Part shown: positions 1 to 15,619 of the stretch, one piece after another | Numbering within the stretch: position 1 is the stretch's first letter | Layout: the number at the start of each line of letters is the position of its first letter | Source of the DNA: Bugula neritina | Taxonomy: Eukaryota > Animalia > Bryozoa | DNA: 64,000 bases | NCBI GenBank assembly: GCA_964035545.1 | Contig: CAXIUT010000230.1 | Location: 1,240,001 to 1,304,000 of the forward strand | Direction: 5' to 3' | Program-made: the position numbers and the translations under genes | Notes under the pieces: model-generated | Seen by the model: the letters and a program-made list of their open reading frames with translations, nothing else | Told to the model about the DNA's origin: nothing | Database searches by the model: none

Positions 1-3000
1 GCAACATACTGCAACATACTAAAATACACTGCAACACATTAAAATATACTGCAACATACTGAAACATACTGCAACATACTGAAGTACACTGTGACACCCT
101 GAAATACACTGCAACATACTGCAACATACTGCAACATACTGAATTACACTGGAACATATTGATATACACTGCAACACATTGAAATATACTGCAACACACT
201 GAACCATAAGGTAACACAATGAAGTATACTGCGACACATTAAAATATACTGCAACATACTGAAATAGACTGCAACATACTGAGATGTAATGTAATATACA
301 GAAATGTACTGTAACATATTGAATTACACTCTAACATACTGAAATATGCTGTAGCATACTGAAATACACTGCAACACACTGAAGTATACTGTAATACACT
401 GAAATGTGATGCAACATACTGAATTATACTGCAACATAGTGCAACATACTGAAATACACTACAACAAACTGCAACATACTGAAATACACTGGAACATATT
501 GAAATACACTGCGACACATTGAAACATACTGCAACATACTGAAATACACTGGGACACATTGAAATACACTGCAACATACTGCAACATACTGCAACATACT
601 GCAACATACTGAAATACATTGCAACACATTAAAATATACTGCAACATACTGAAACCTACTGCAACCTACTGAAATATACTGCAACACACTGAAAACATAC
701 GGCAACATACCGAAATAAACTGCGACACGTTGAAAATTACTGCAACATACTGAAATATACTGCGACGCCTTAAAATATACTGCAACATACTGAAATAGAC
801 TGCAAGTGGTGCAACATACTGAAATACACTGTGACACACTGAAATACACTGCAACATACTGCAACATACTGCAACATACTGAAATATTGTGCGACACAAT
901 AAAATATACTTCAACATATCGAAATATACTGTAACATACTGCAACATACTAAAATACACTGCAACACATTAAAATATACTGCAACATACTGAAACATACT
1001 GCAACATACTGAAATACACTGTGACACCCTGAAATACACTGCAACATACTGCAACATACTGCAACATACTGAATTACACTGGTACATATTGATATACACT
1101 GCAACACATTGAAATATACTGCAACACACTGAAACATGCGGCAATATACCGAAATATACTGCGACACCTTGAAAAATACTGCGACATACGAAATATACTG
1201 CAAGTGGTGCAACATACTGAAATACAATGTGACACACTAGAATACACTGCAACATACTGCAACATACTGCAACATACTGAAATATTGTGCGACACATTGA
1301 AATATTCTGCAACGTATTGAAATATACTGTAACATACTGCAACATACTAAAATACACTGCAACATACTGAAATACATTGCAACACATTAAAATATACTGC
1401 GACATACTGAAACATACTGCAACATGCTGAAATATACTGCAATATACTGAAATACACTATAACATATTGAAATATACTGCAACATACTGAATTACACTCT
1501 AACATACTGAAATATGCTGTAGCATACTGAAATACACTGCAACACACTGAAGTATACTGTAATACACTGAAATGTAATGCAACATACTGAATTATACTGC
1601 AACATAGTGCAACATACTGAAATACACTGTGACACACTGAAATACACTGAAACATAATGCAACATACTGCAACATACTGAAATACACTGTAACATATCGA
1701 AATGCACTGCAACATACTGCAACATACTGCAACATACTGAAATACACCGTAACATATCGAAATACACTTCAACATACTGCAACATACTGAAATGCACCGG
1801 AACATAATGGAATACCCTGCAACACATTGAAATATACTGCAACAGACTGAAACATAAGGTAACACAATGAAGTATACTGCGACACATTAAAATATACTGC
1901 AACATACTGAAATAGACTGCAACATACTGAAATGTAATGTAATATACAGAAATGTACTGTAACATACTGAATTACACTCTAACATACTGAAATATGCTGT
2001 AGCATACTGAAATACACTGCAACACACTGAAGTATACTGTAATACACTGAAATGTGATGCAACATACTGAATTATACTGCAACATAGTGCAACATACTGA
2101 AATACACTACAACAAACTGCAACATACTGAAATACACTGGAACATATTGAAATACACTGCGACACATTGAAACATACTGCAACATACTGAAATACACTGG
2201 GACACATTGAAATACACTGCAACATACTGCAACATACTGCAACATACTGAAATACATTGCAACACATTAAAATATACTGCAACATACTGAAACCTACTGC
2301 AACATACTGAAATATACTGCAACACACTGAAACATACGGCAACATACCGAAATAAACTGCGACACGTTGAAAATTACTGCAACATACTGAAATGTACTGC
2401 GACGCCTTAAAATATACTGCAACATACTGAAATAGACTGCAAGTGGTGCAACATACTGAAATACACTGTGACACACTGAAATACACTGCAACATACTGAA
2501 ACATACTGCAACGTACTGAAATACACTGTGACACCCTGAAATACACTGCAACATACTGCAACATACTGCAACATACTGAATTACACTGGAACATATTGAT
2601 ATACACTGCAACTCATTGAAATATACTGCAACACACTGCAACATACGGCAGCATACCGAAATATACTGCGACACCTTGAAAAATACTGCAACATACTGAA
2701 ATATACTGCAAGTGGGGCAACATACTGAAATACACTGTGACATACTGAAATACACTGCAACATACTGCAGGATACTGCAACGTACGGAAATACAGTGTAA
2801 CTTATTGAATTACACTGAATCATACTGCAACATACTGAGATACACTGGAACATATTGATATACACTGCAACACATTGAAATATACTGCAACACACTGAAC
2901 CATATGACAACATACCAAAATTTACTGCGACACACTGAAAAATTTTGCAACATACGAATTATACTTCAAGTGGTGCAACATTCTGAAATACAATGTGACA

Positions 3001-6000
3001 CACTGAAATACACTGCAACATACTGCAACATACTGAAATATTAAGCGACACATTGAAATATACTGCAACATATTGAAATATACTGTAACATACTGCAACA
3101 TACTAAAATACACTGCAACATACTGAAATACATAGCAACACATTAAAATATACTGCGACATACTGAAACATACTGCAACATGCTGAAATATACTGCAACA
3201 TACTGAAATACACTATAACATATTGAAATATACTGCAACATACTGAATTACACTCTAACATACTGAAATATGCTGTAGCATACTGAAATACACTGCAACA
3301 CACTGAAGTATACTGTAATACACTGAAATGTAATGCAACATACTGAATTATACTGCAACATAGTGCAACATACTGAAATACACTGTGACACACTGAAACA
3401 CACTGAAACATAATGCAACATACTGCAACATACTGAAATACACTGTAACATATCGAAATACACTGCAACATACTGCAACATACTGAAATACACCGTAACA
3501 TATCGAAATACACTTCAACATACTGCAACATACTGAAATGCACCGGAACATAATGGAATACCCTGCAACACATTGAAATATACTGCAACAGACTGAAACA
3601 TAAGGTAACACAATGAAGTATACTGCGACACATTAAAATATACTGCAACATACTGTAATAGACTGCAACATACTGAAATGTAATGTAATATACAGAAATG
3701 TACTGTAACATATTGAATTACACTCTAACATACTGAAATATGCTGTTGCATACTGAAATACACTGCAACACACTGAGGTATACTGTAATACACTGAAATG
3801 TGATGCAACATACTGAATTATACTGCAACATAGTGCAACATACTGAAATACACTACAACAATCTGCAACATACTGAAATACACCGGAACATATAGAAATA
3901 CACTGCGACACATTGAAACATACTGCAACATACTGAAATACACTGGGACACATTGAAATACACTGCAAAATACAGCAACATACTGCAACATACTGAAATA
4001 CATTGCAACACATTAAAATATACTGCAACATACTGAAACATACTGAAATATACTGCAACACACTGAAACATACGGCAACATACCGAAATAAACAGCGACA
4101 CGTTGAAAATTACTGCAACATACTGAAATATACTGCGACGCCTTAAAATATACTGCAACATACTGAAATAGACTGCAAGTGGTGCAACATACTGAAATAC
4201 CTTGTGACACACTGAAATACACTGCAACATACTGCAACATACTGAAATATTGTGCGACACAATAAAATATACTGCAACATATTGAAATATACTGTAACAT
4301 ACTGCAACATACTAAAATACACTGCAACACATTAAAATATACTGCAACATACTGAAACATACTGCAACATACTGAAATACACTGTGACACCCTGAAATAC
4401 ACTGCAACATACTGCAACATACTGCAACATACTGAATTGCACTGGAACATATTGATATACACTGCAACACATTGAAATATACTGCAACACACTGAACCAT
4501 ATGGCAACATACCGAAATTTACTGCGACGCACTGAAACATACTACAACATACGAATTATACTTCAAGTGGTACAACATACTGAAAGACAATGTGACACAC
4601 TAAAATGCACTGCAACATACTGCAACATTCTGCAACATACTGAAATATTGTGCGACACATTGAAATGTACTGCAACGTATTGAAATATACTGTAACATAC
4701 TGCAACATACTAAAATACACTGCAACATACTGAAATACATTGCAACACATTAAAATATACTGCGACATACTGAAACATACTGCAACAAGCTGAAATATAC
4801 TGCAACATACTGAAATACACTATAACATATTGAAATATACTGCAACATACTGAGTTACACTCTAACATACTGAAATATGCTGTAGCATACTGAAATACAC
4901 TGCAACACACTGAAGTATACTGTAATACACTGAAATGTAATGCAACATACTGAATTATACTGCAACATAGTGCAACATACTGAAATACACTGTGACACAC
5001 TGAAATACACTGAAACATAATGCAACATACTGCAACATACTGAAATACACTGTAACATATCGAAATACACTGCAACATACTGCAACATACTGCAACATAC
5101 TGAAATACACTACAACATACTGCAACATACTGAAATACACTGAAACATATTGAAATACACTGCGACACATTGAAACATACTGCAACATACTGAAATATAC
5201 TGCAAGATACTGCAACATACTGAAACAGACTGTGACATACTGAAATACACTGCAACATACTGCAAGATACCGCAACCTACTGAAATACACTGAAACATAT
5301 TGAAATACACTGCATCATACTGCAACATACTGAATTACACTGGAACATATTGATATACACTGCAACACATTGAAATATACTGCAACACACTGAAACATAC
5401 GGCAATATACCAAATATACTGCGACACCTTGAAAAATACTACAACATACGAAATATACTGCAAGTGGTGCAACATACTGAAATACAATGTGACACACTGG
5501 AATACACTGCAACATACTGCAACATACTGCAACATACTGGAATACACTGTAACATATTGAATTACACTGCATCATACTGCAACATACTGAAAAACACTGG
5601 AACATATTGATATACACTGCAACTCATTGAAATATACTGCAACACACTGCAACATACGGCAGCATACCGAAATATACTGCGACACCTTGAAAAATACTGC
5701 AACATACTGAAATATACTGCAAGTGGGGCAACATACTGAAATACGCTGTGACATACTGAAGTACACTGCAACATACTGCAAGATACTGCACTGTACGGAA
5801 ATACAGCGTAACTTACTGAATTACACTGAATCATACTGCAACATACTGAGATACACTGGAACATATTGATATACACTGCAACACATTGAAATATACTGCA
5901 ACACACTGATCCATATGACAACATACCAAAATTTACTGCGACACACTGAAAAATTTTGCAACATACGAATTATACTTCAAGTGGTGCAACATTCTGAAAT

Positions 6001-9000
6001 ACAATGTGACACACTGAAATACACTGCAACATACTGCAACATACTGCAACATACTGAAATATTGTGCGACACATTGAAATATACTGCAACATATTGAAAT
6101 ATACTGTAACATACTGCATCATACTAAAATACACTGCAACATACTGAAATACATTGCAACACATTAAAATATACTGCGACATACTGAAACATACTGCAAC
6201 ATGCTGAAATATACTGCAACATACTGAAGTACACAATAACATATTGAAATATACTGCAACATACTGAATTACACTCTAACATACTGAAATATGCTGTAGC
6301 ATACTGAAATACACTGCAATACACTGAAGTATACTGTAATACACTGAAATGTAATGCAACATACTGAATTATACTGCAACATAGTGCAACATACTGAAAT
6401 ACACTGTGACACACTGAAATACACTGAAACATAATGCAACATACTGCAACATACTGAAATACACTGTAACATATCGAAATACACTGCAACATACTGCAAC
6501 ATACTGCAACATACTGAAATACACCGTAACATATCGAAATACACTTCAACATACTGCAACATACTGAAATGCACCGGAACATAATGGAATACCCTGCAAC
6601 ACATTGAAATATACTGCAACAGACTGAAACATAAGGTAACACAATGAAGTATTCTGCGACACATTAAAATATACTGCAACATACTGTAATACACTGTAAC
6701 ATATCGAAATACACTGCAACATACTGCAACATACTGCAACATACTGAAATACACTACAACATACTGCAACATACTGAAATACACTGGAACATATTGAAAT
6801 ACACTGCGACATATTGAAACATACTGCAACATACTGAAATATACTGCAAGATACTGCAACATACTGAAACAGACTGTGACATACTGAACTACACTGCAGC
6901 ATACTGCAAGATACCGCAACCTACTGAAATACAATGAAACATATTGAAATACACTGCAACACATTGAAATATACTGCAACATACTGAAATACACTATAAC
7001 ATATTGAAACATAATGCAACATACTGCAACATACTGAAATACACTGTAACATATCGAAATACACTGCAACATACTGCAACATACTAAAATACACTGCAAC
7101 ACATTAAAATATACTGCAACATACTGAAACATACTGCAACATACTGAAGTACACTGTGACACCCTGAAATACACTGCAACATACTGCAACATACTGCAAC
7201 ATACTGAATTACACTGGAACATATTGATATACACTGCAACACATTGAAATATACTGCAACACACTGAACCATAAGGTAACACAATGAAGTATACTGCGAC
7301 ACATTAAAATATACTGCAACATACTGAAATAGACTGCAACATACTGAGATGTAATGTAATATACAGAAATGTACTGTAACATATTGAATTACACTCTAAC
7401 ATACTGACATATGCTGTAGCATACTGAAATACACTGCAACACACTGAAGTATACTGTAATACACTGAAATGTGATGCAACATACTGAATTATACTGCAAC
7501 ATAGTGCAACATACTGAAATACACTACAACAAACTGCAACATACTGAAATACACTGGAACATATTGAAATACACTGCGACACATTGAAACATACTGCAAC
7601 ATACTGAAATACACTGGGACACATTGAAATACACTGCAACATACTGCAACATACTGCAACATACTGAAACATACTGAAATACATTGCAACACATTAAAAT
7701 ATACTGCAACATACTGAAACCTACTGCAACCTACTGAAATATACTGCAACACACTGAAACATACGGCAACATACCGAAATAAACTGCGACACGTTGAAAA
7801 TTACTGCAACATACTGAAATATACTGCGACGCCTTAAAATATACTGCAACATACTGAAATAGACTGCAAGTGGTGCAACATACTGAAATACACTGTGACA
7901 CACTGAAATACACTGCAACATACTGCAACATACTGCAACATACTGAAATATTGTGCGACACAATAAAATATACTTCAACATATCGAAATATACTGTAACA
8001 TACTGCAACATACTAAAATACACTGCAACACATTAAAATATACTGCAACATACTGAAACATACTGCAACATACTGAAATACACTGTGACACCCTGAAATA
8101 CATTGCAACATACTGCAACATACTGCAACATACTGAATTACACTGGTACATATTGATATACACTGCAACACATTGAAATATACTGCAACACACTGAAACA
8201 TGCGGCAATATACCGAAATATACTGCGACACCTTGAAAAATACTGCGACATACGAAATATACTGCAAGTGGTGCAACATACTGAAATACAATGTGACACA
8301 CTAGAATACACTGCAACATACTGCAACATACTGCAACATACTGAAATATTGTGCGACACATTGAAATATTTTGCAACGTATTGAAATATACTGTAACATA
8401 CTGCAACATACTAAAATACACTGCAACATACTGAAATACATTGCAACACATTAAAATATACTGCGACATACTGAAACATACTGCAACATGCTGAAATATA
8501 CTGCAATATACTGAAATACACTATAACATATTGAAATATACTGCAACATACTGAATTACACTCTAACATACTGAAATATGCTGTAGCATACTGAAATACA
8601 CTGCAACACACTGAAGTATACTGTAATACACTGAAATGTAATGCAACATACTGAATTATACTGCAACATAGTGCAACATACTGAAATACACTGTGACACA
8701 CTGAAATACACTGAAACATAATGCAACATACTGCAACATACTGAAATACACTGTAACATATCGAAATGCACTGCAACATACTGCAACATACTGCAACATA
8801 CTGAAATACACCGTAACATATCGAAATACACTTCAACATACTGCAACATACTGAAATGCACCGGAACATAATGGAATACCCTGCAACACATTGAAATATA
8901 CTGCAACAGACTGAAACATAAGGTAACACAATGAAGTATACTGCGACACATTAAAATATACTGCAACATACTGAAATAGGCTGCAACATACTGAAATGTA

Positions 9001-9675
9001 ATGTAATATACAGAAATGTACTGTAACATACTGAATTACACTCAAACATACTGAAATATGCTGTAGCATACTGAAATACACTGCAACACACTGAAGTATA
9101 CTGTAATACACTGAAATGTGATGCAACATACTGAATTATACTGCAACATAGTGCAACATACTGAAATACACTACAACAAACTGCAACATACTGAAATACA
9201 CTGGAACATATTGAAATACACTGCGACACATTGAAACATACTGCAACATACTGAAATACACTGGGACACATTGAAATACACTGCAACATACTGCAACATA
9301 CTGCAACATACTGAAATACATTGCAACACATTAAAATATACTGCAACATACTGAAACCTACTGCAACATACTGAAATATACTGCAACACACTGAAACATA
9401 CGGCAACATACCGAAATAAACTGCGACACGTTGAAAATTACTGCAACATACTGAAATGTACTGCGACGCCTTAAAATATACTGCAACATACTGAAATAGA
9501 CTGCAAGTGGTGCAACATACTGAAATACACTGTGACACACTGAAATACACTGCAACATACTGAAACATACTGCAACATACTGAAATACACTGTGACACCC
9601 TGAAATACACTGCAACATACTGCAACATACTGCAACATACTGAATTACACTGGAACATATTGATATACACTGCAA
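1..9675. repeat. Dispersed direct duplication: ~1-2610 is copied at ~7066-9675 (offset 7065, then 7064 after a 1-bp indel near 692)
   Basis: Matching ORF pairs 19/7084 and 239/7304 (offset 7065), 911/7975, 1347/8411 and 1887/8951 (offset 7064). Shared rare variants include ggtacatatt (1081/8145) and tcaacatatc (911/7975). Confidence 0.9.
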
Positions 9676-12600
9676 CACATTGAAATATACTGCAACACAC
9701 TGAACCATATGGCAACATACCGAAATTTACTGCGACACACTGAAAAATACTGCAACATACGAATTATACTTCAAGTGGTACAACATACTGAAATACAATG
9801 TGACACACTGAAATACACTGCAACATACTGCAACATACTGCAACATACTGAAATATTGTGCGACACATTGAAATATACTGCAACGTATTGAAATATACTG
9901 TAACATACTGCAACATACTAAAATACACTGCAACATACTGAAATACATTGCAACACATTAAAATATACTGCGACATACTGAAACATACTGCAACATGCTG
10001 AAATATACTGCAACATACTGAAATACACTATAACATATTGAAATATACTGCAACATACTGAATTACACTCTAACATACTGAAATATGCTGTAGCATACTG
10101 AAATACACTGCAACACACTGAAGTATACTGTAATACGCTGAAATGTAATGCAACATACTGAATTATACTGCAACATAGTGCAACATACTGAAATACACTG
10201 TGACACACTGAAATACACTGAAACATAATGCAACATACTGCAACATACTGAAATACACTGTAACATATCGAAATACACTGCAACATACTGCAACATACTG
10301 CAACATACTGAAATACACTACAACATACTGCAACATACTGAAATACACTGGAACATATTGAAATACACTGCGACACATTGAAACATACTGCAACATACTG
10401 AAATATACTGCAAGATACTGCAACATACTGAAACAGACTGTGACATACTGAAATACACTGCAACATACTGCAAGATACCGCAACCTACTGATATACACTG
10501 AAACATATTGAAATACAGTGCATCATACTGCCACATACTGAATTACACTGGAACATATTGATATACACTGCAACACATTGAAATATACTGCAACACACTG
10601 AAACATACGGCAATATACCAAAATATACTGCGACACCTTGAAAAATACTGCAACATACGAAATATACTGCAAGTGGGGCAACATACTGAAATACAATGTG
10701 ACATACTGAAATACACTGCAACATACTGCAGGATACTGCAACGTACGGAAATACAGTGTAACTTATTGAATTACACTGAATCATACTGCAACATACTGAG
10801 ATACACTGGAACATATTGATATACACTGCAACACATTGAAATATACTGCAACACACTGAACCATATGACAACATACCGAAATTTACTGCGACACACTGAA
10901 AAATTTCGCAACATACGAATTATACTTCAAGTGGTGCAACATTCTGAAATACAATGTGACACACTGAAATACACTGCAACATACTGCAACATACTGCAAC
11001 ATACTGAAATATTGTGCGACACATTGAAATATACTGCAACATATTGAAATATACTGTAACATACTGCAACATACTAAAATACACTGCAACATACTGAAAT
11101 ACATAGCAACACATTAAAATAAACTGCGACATACTGAAACATACTGCAACATGCTGAAATATACTGCAACATACTGAAATACACTATAACATATTGAAAT
11201 ATACTGCAACATACTGAATTACACTCTAACATACTGAAATATGCTGTAGCATACTGAAATACACTGCAACACACTGAAGTATACTGTAATACACTGAAAT
11301 GTAATGCAACATACTGAATTATACTGCAACATAGTGCAACATACTGAAATACACTGTGACACACTGAAATACACTGAAACATAATGCAACATACTGCAAC
11401 ATACTGAAATACACTGTAACATATCGAAATACACTGCAACATACTGCAACATACTGAAATACACCGTAACATATCGAAATACACTTCAACATACTGCAAC
11501 ATACTGAAATGCACCGGAACATAATGGAATACCCTGCAACACATTGAAATATACTGCAACAGACTGAAACATAAGGTAACACAATGAAGTATACTGCGAC
11601 ACATTAAAATATATACTGCAACATACTGTAATAGACTGCAACATACTGAAATGTAATGTAATATACAGAAATGTACTGTAACATACTGAATTGCACTCTA
11701 ACATACTGAAATATGCTGTAGCATACTGAAATACACTGCAACACACTGAGGTATACTGTAATACACTGAAATGTGATGCAACATACTGAATTATACTGCA
11801 ACATAGTGCAACATACTGAAATACACTACAACAATCTGCAACATACTGAAATACACCGGAACATATAGAAATACACTGCGACACATTGAAACATACTGCA
11901 ACATACTGAAATACACTGGGACACATTGAAATACACTGCAAAATACTGCAACATACTGCAACATACTGAAATACATTGCAACACATTAAAATATACTGCA
12001 ACATACTGAAACATACTGAAATATACTGCAACACACTGAAACATACTGCAACATACTGAAATACACTGTGACACCCTGAAATACACTGCAACATACTGCA
12101 ACATACTGCAACATACTGAATTACACTGGAACATATTGATATACACTGCAACACATTGAAATATACTGCAACACACTGAACCATATGGCAACATACCGAA
12201 ATTTACTGCGACACACTGAAAAATACTGCAACATACGAATTATACTTCAAGTGGTACAACATACTGAAATACAATGTGACACACTGAAATACACTGCAAC
12301 ATACTGCAACATACTGCAACATACTGAAATATTGTGCGACACATTGAAATATACTGCAACGTATTGAAATATACTGTAACATACTGCAACATACTAAAAT
12401 ACACTGCAACATACTGAAATACATTGCAACACATTAAAATATACTGCGACATACTGAAACATACTGCAACATGCTGAAATATACTGCAACATACTGAAAT
12501 ACACTATAACATATTGAAATATACTGCAACATACTGAATTACACTCTAACATACTGAAATATGCTGTAGCATACTGAAATACACTGCAACACACTGAAGT

Positions 12601-14521
12601 ATACTGTAATACGCTGAAATGTAATGCAACATACTGAATTATACTGCAACATAGTGCAACATACTGAAATACACTGTGACACACTGAAATACACTGAAAC
12701 ATAATGCAACATACTGCAACATACTGAAATACACTGTAACATATCGAAATACACTGCAACATACTGCAACATACTGCAACATACTGAAATACACTACAAC
12801 ATACTGCAACATACTGAAATACACTGGAACATATTGAAATACACTGCGACACATTGAAACATACTGCAACATACTGAAATATACTGCAAGATACTGCAAC
12901 ATACTGAAACAGACTGTGACATACTGAAATACACTGCAACATACTGCAAGATACCGCAACCTACTGATATACACTGAAACATATTGAAATACAGTGCATC
13001 ATACTGCCACATACTGAATTACACTGGAACATATTGATATACACTGCAACACATTGAAATATACTGCAACACACTGAAACATACGGCAATATACCAAAAT
13101 ATACTGCGACACCTTGAAAAATACTGCAACATACGAAATATACTGCAAGTGGGGCAACATACTGAAATACAATGTGACATACTGAAATACACTGCAACAT
13201 ACTGCAGGATACTGCAACGTACGGAAATACAGTGTAACTTATTGAATTACACTGAATCATACTGCAACATACTGAGATACACTGGAACATATTGATATAC
13301 ACTGCAACACATTGAAATATACTGCAACACACTGAACCATATGACAACATACCGAAATTTACTGCGACACACTGAAAAGTTTCGCAACATACGAATTATA
13401 CTTCAAGTGGTGCAACATTCTGAAATACAATGTGACACACTGAAATACACTGCAACATACTGCAACATACTGCAACATACTGAAATATTGTGCGACACAT
13501 TGAAATATACTGCAACATATTGAAATATACTGTAACATACTGCAACATACTAAAATACACTGCAACATACTGAAATACATAGCAACACATTAAAATAAAC
13601 TGCGACATACTGAAACATACTGCAACATGCTGAAATATACTGCAACATACTGAAATACACTATAACATATTGAAATATACTGCAACATACTGAATTACAC
13701 TCTAACATACTGAAATATGCTGTAGCATACTGAAATACACTGCAACACACTGAAGTATACTGTAATACACTGAAATGTAATGCAACATACTGAATTATAC
13801 TGCAACATAGTGCAACATACTGAAATACACTGTGACACACTGAAATACACTGAAACATAATGCAACATACTGCAACATACTGAAATACACTGTAACATAT
13901 CGAAATACACTGCAACATACTGCAACATACTGAAATACACCGTAACATATCGAAATACACTTCAACATACTGCAACATACTGAAATGCACCGGAACATAA
14001 TGGAATACCCTGCAACACATTGAAATATACTGCAACAGACTGAAACATAAGGTAACACAATGAAGTATACTGCGACACATTAAAATATATACTGCAACAT
14101 ACTGTAATAGACTGCAACATACTGAAATGTAATGTAATATACAGAAATGTACTGTAACATACTGAATTGCACTCTAACATACTGAAATATGCTGTAGCAT
14201 ACTGAAATACACTGCAACACACTGAGGTATACTGTAATACACTGAAATGTGATGCAACATACTGAATTATACTGCAACATAGTGCAACATACTGAAATAC
14301 ACTACAACAATCTGCAACATACTGAAATACACCGGAACATATAGAAATACACTGCGACACATTGAAACATACTGCAACATACTGAAATACACTGGGACAC
14401 ATTGAAATACACTGCAAAATACTGCAACATACTGCAACATACTGAAATACATTGCAACACATTAAAATATACTGCAACATACTGAAACATACTGAAATAT
14501 ACTGCAACACACTGAAACATA
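9561..14521. repeat. Tandem duplication of a 2476-bp higher-order block (two copies, ~9561-12045 and ~12037-14521)
   Basis: ORF pairs 9709/12185, 9918/12394, 10865/13341 and 11604/14080 are all offset 2476. Both copies carry the same +2 (TA) insertion (~11611, ~14087). Confidence 0.92.
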
Positions 14522-15619
14522 CGGCAACATACCGAAATAAACTGCGACACGTTGAAAATTACTGCAACATACTGAAATATACTGCGACGCCTTAAAATAT
14601 ACTGCAACATACTGAAATAGACTGCAAGTGGTGCAACATACTGAAATACCTTGTGACACACTGAAATACACTGCAACATACTGCAACATACTGAAATATT
14701 GTGCGACACAATAAAATATACTGCAACATATTGAAATATACTGTAACATACTGCAACATACTAAAATACACTGCAACACATTAAAATATACTGCAACATA
14801 CTGAAACATACTGCAACATACTGAAATACACTGTGACACCCTGAAATACACTGCAACATACTGCAACATACTGCAACATACTGAATTACACTGGAACATA
14901 TTGATATACACTGCAACACATTGAAATATACTGCAACACACTGAACCATATGGCAACATACCGAAATTTACTGCGACACACTGAAAAATACTGCAACATA
15001 CGAATTATACTTCAAGTGGTACAACATACTGAAATACAATGTGACACACTGAAATGCACTGCAACATACTGCAACATACTGCAACATACTGAAATATTGT
15101 GCGACACATTGAAATATACTGCAACGTATTGAAATATACTGTAACATACTGCAACATACTAAAATACACTGCAACATACTGAAATACATTGCAACACATT
15201 AAAATATACTGCGACATACTGAAACATACTGCAACATGCTGAAATATACTGCAACATACTGAAATACACTATAACATATTGAAATATACTGCAACATACT
15301 GAATTACACTCTAACATACTGAAATATGCTGTAGCATACTGAAATACACTGCAACACACTGAAGTATACTGTAATACACTGAAATGTAATGCAACATACT
15401 GAATTATACTGCAACATAGTGCAACATACTGAAATACACTGTGACACACTGAAATACACTGAAACATAATGCAACATAGTGCAACATATCGAAATGCACT
15501 GCAACATACTGCAACATACTGCAACATACTGAAATACACCGTAACATATCGAAATACACTTCAACATACTGCAACATACTGCAACATACTGAAATACACT
15601 GTAACATACTGAAATACAC

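Noticed and set aside
1804-1820. ataatggaat resembling human HSat2/3 (GGAAT)n
   Set aside because: It is a single in-register variant of the local decamer per higher-order unit, with no GGAAT tandem.
1551-9712. Short palindromes (AGTATACT, CCATATGG, TGCA) as hairpins, terminators or transposon ends
   Set aside because: They are at most 8 bp and expected from the unit composition. No long inverted repeats or target-site duplications were seen.
9770-9782. TCAAGTG / CAAGTG as an NK2-homeodomain or E-box regulatory site
   Set aside because: It is a short motif multiplied by duplication with no gene context, so it is not supportable as a regulatory feature. It is kept only as a structural landmark.
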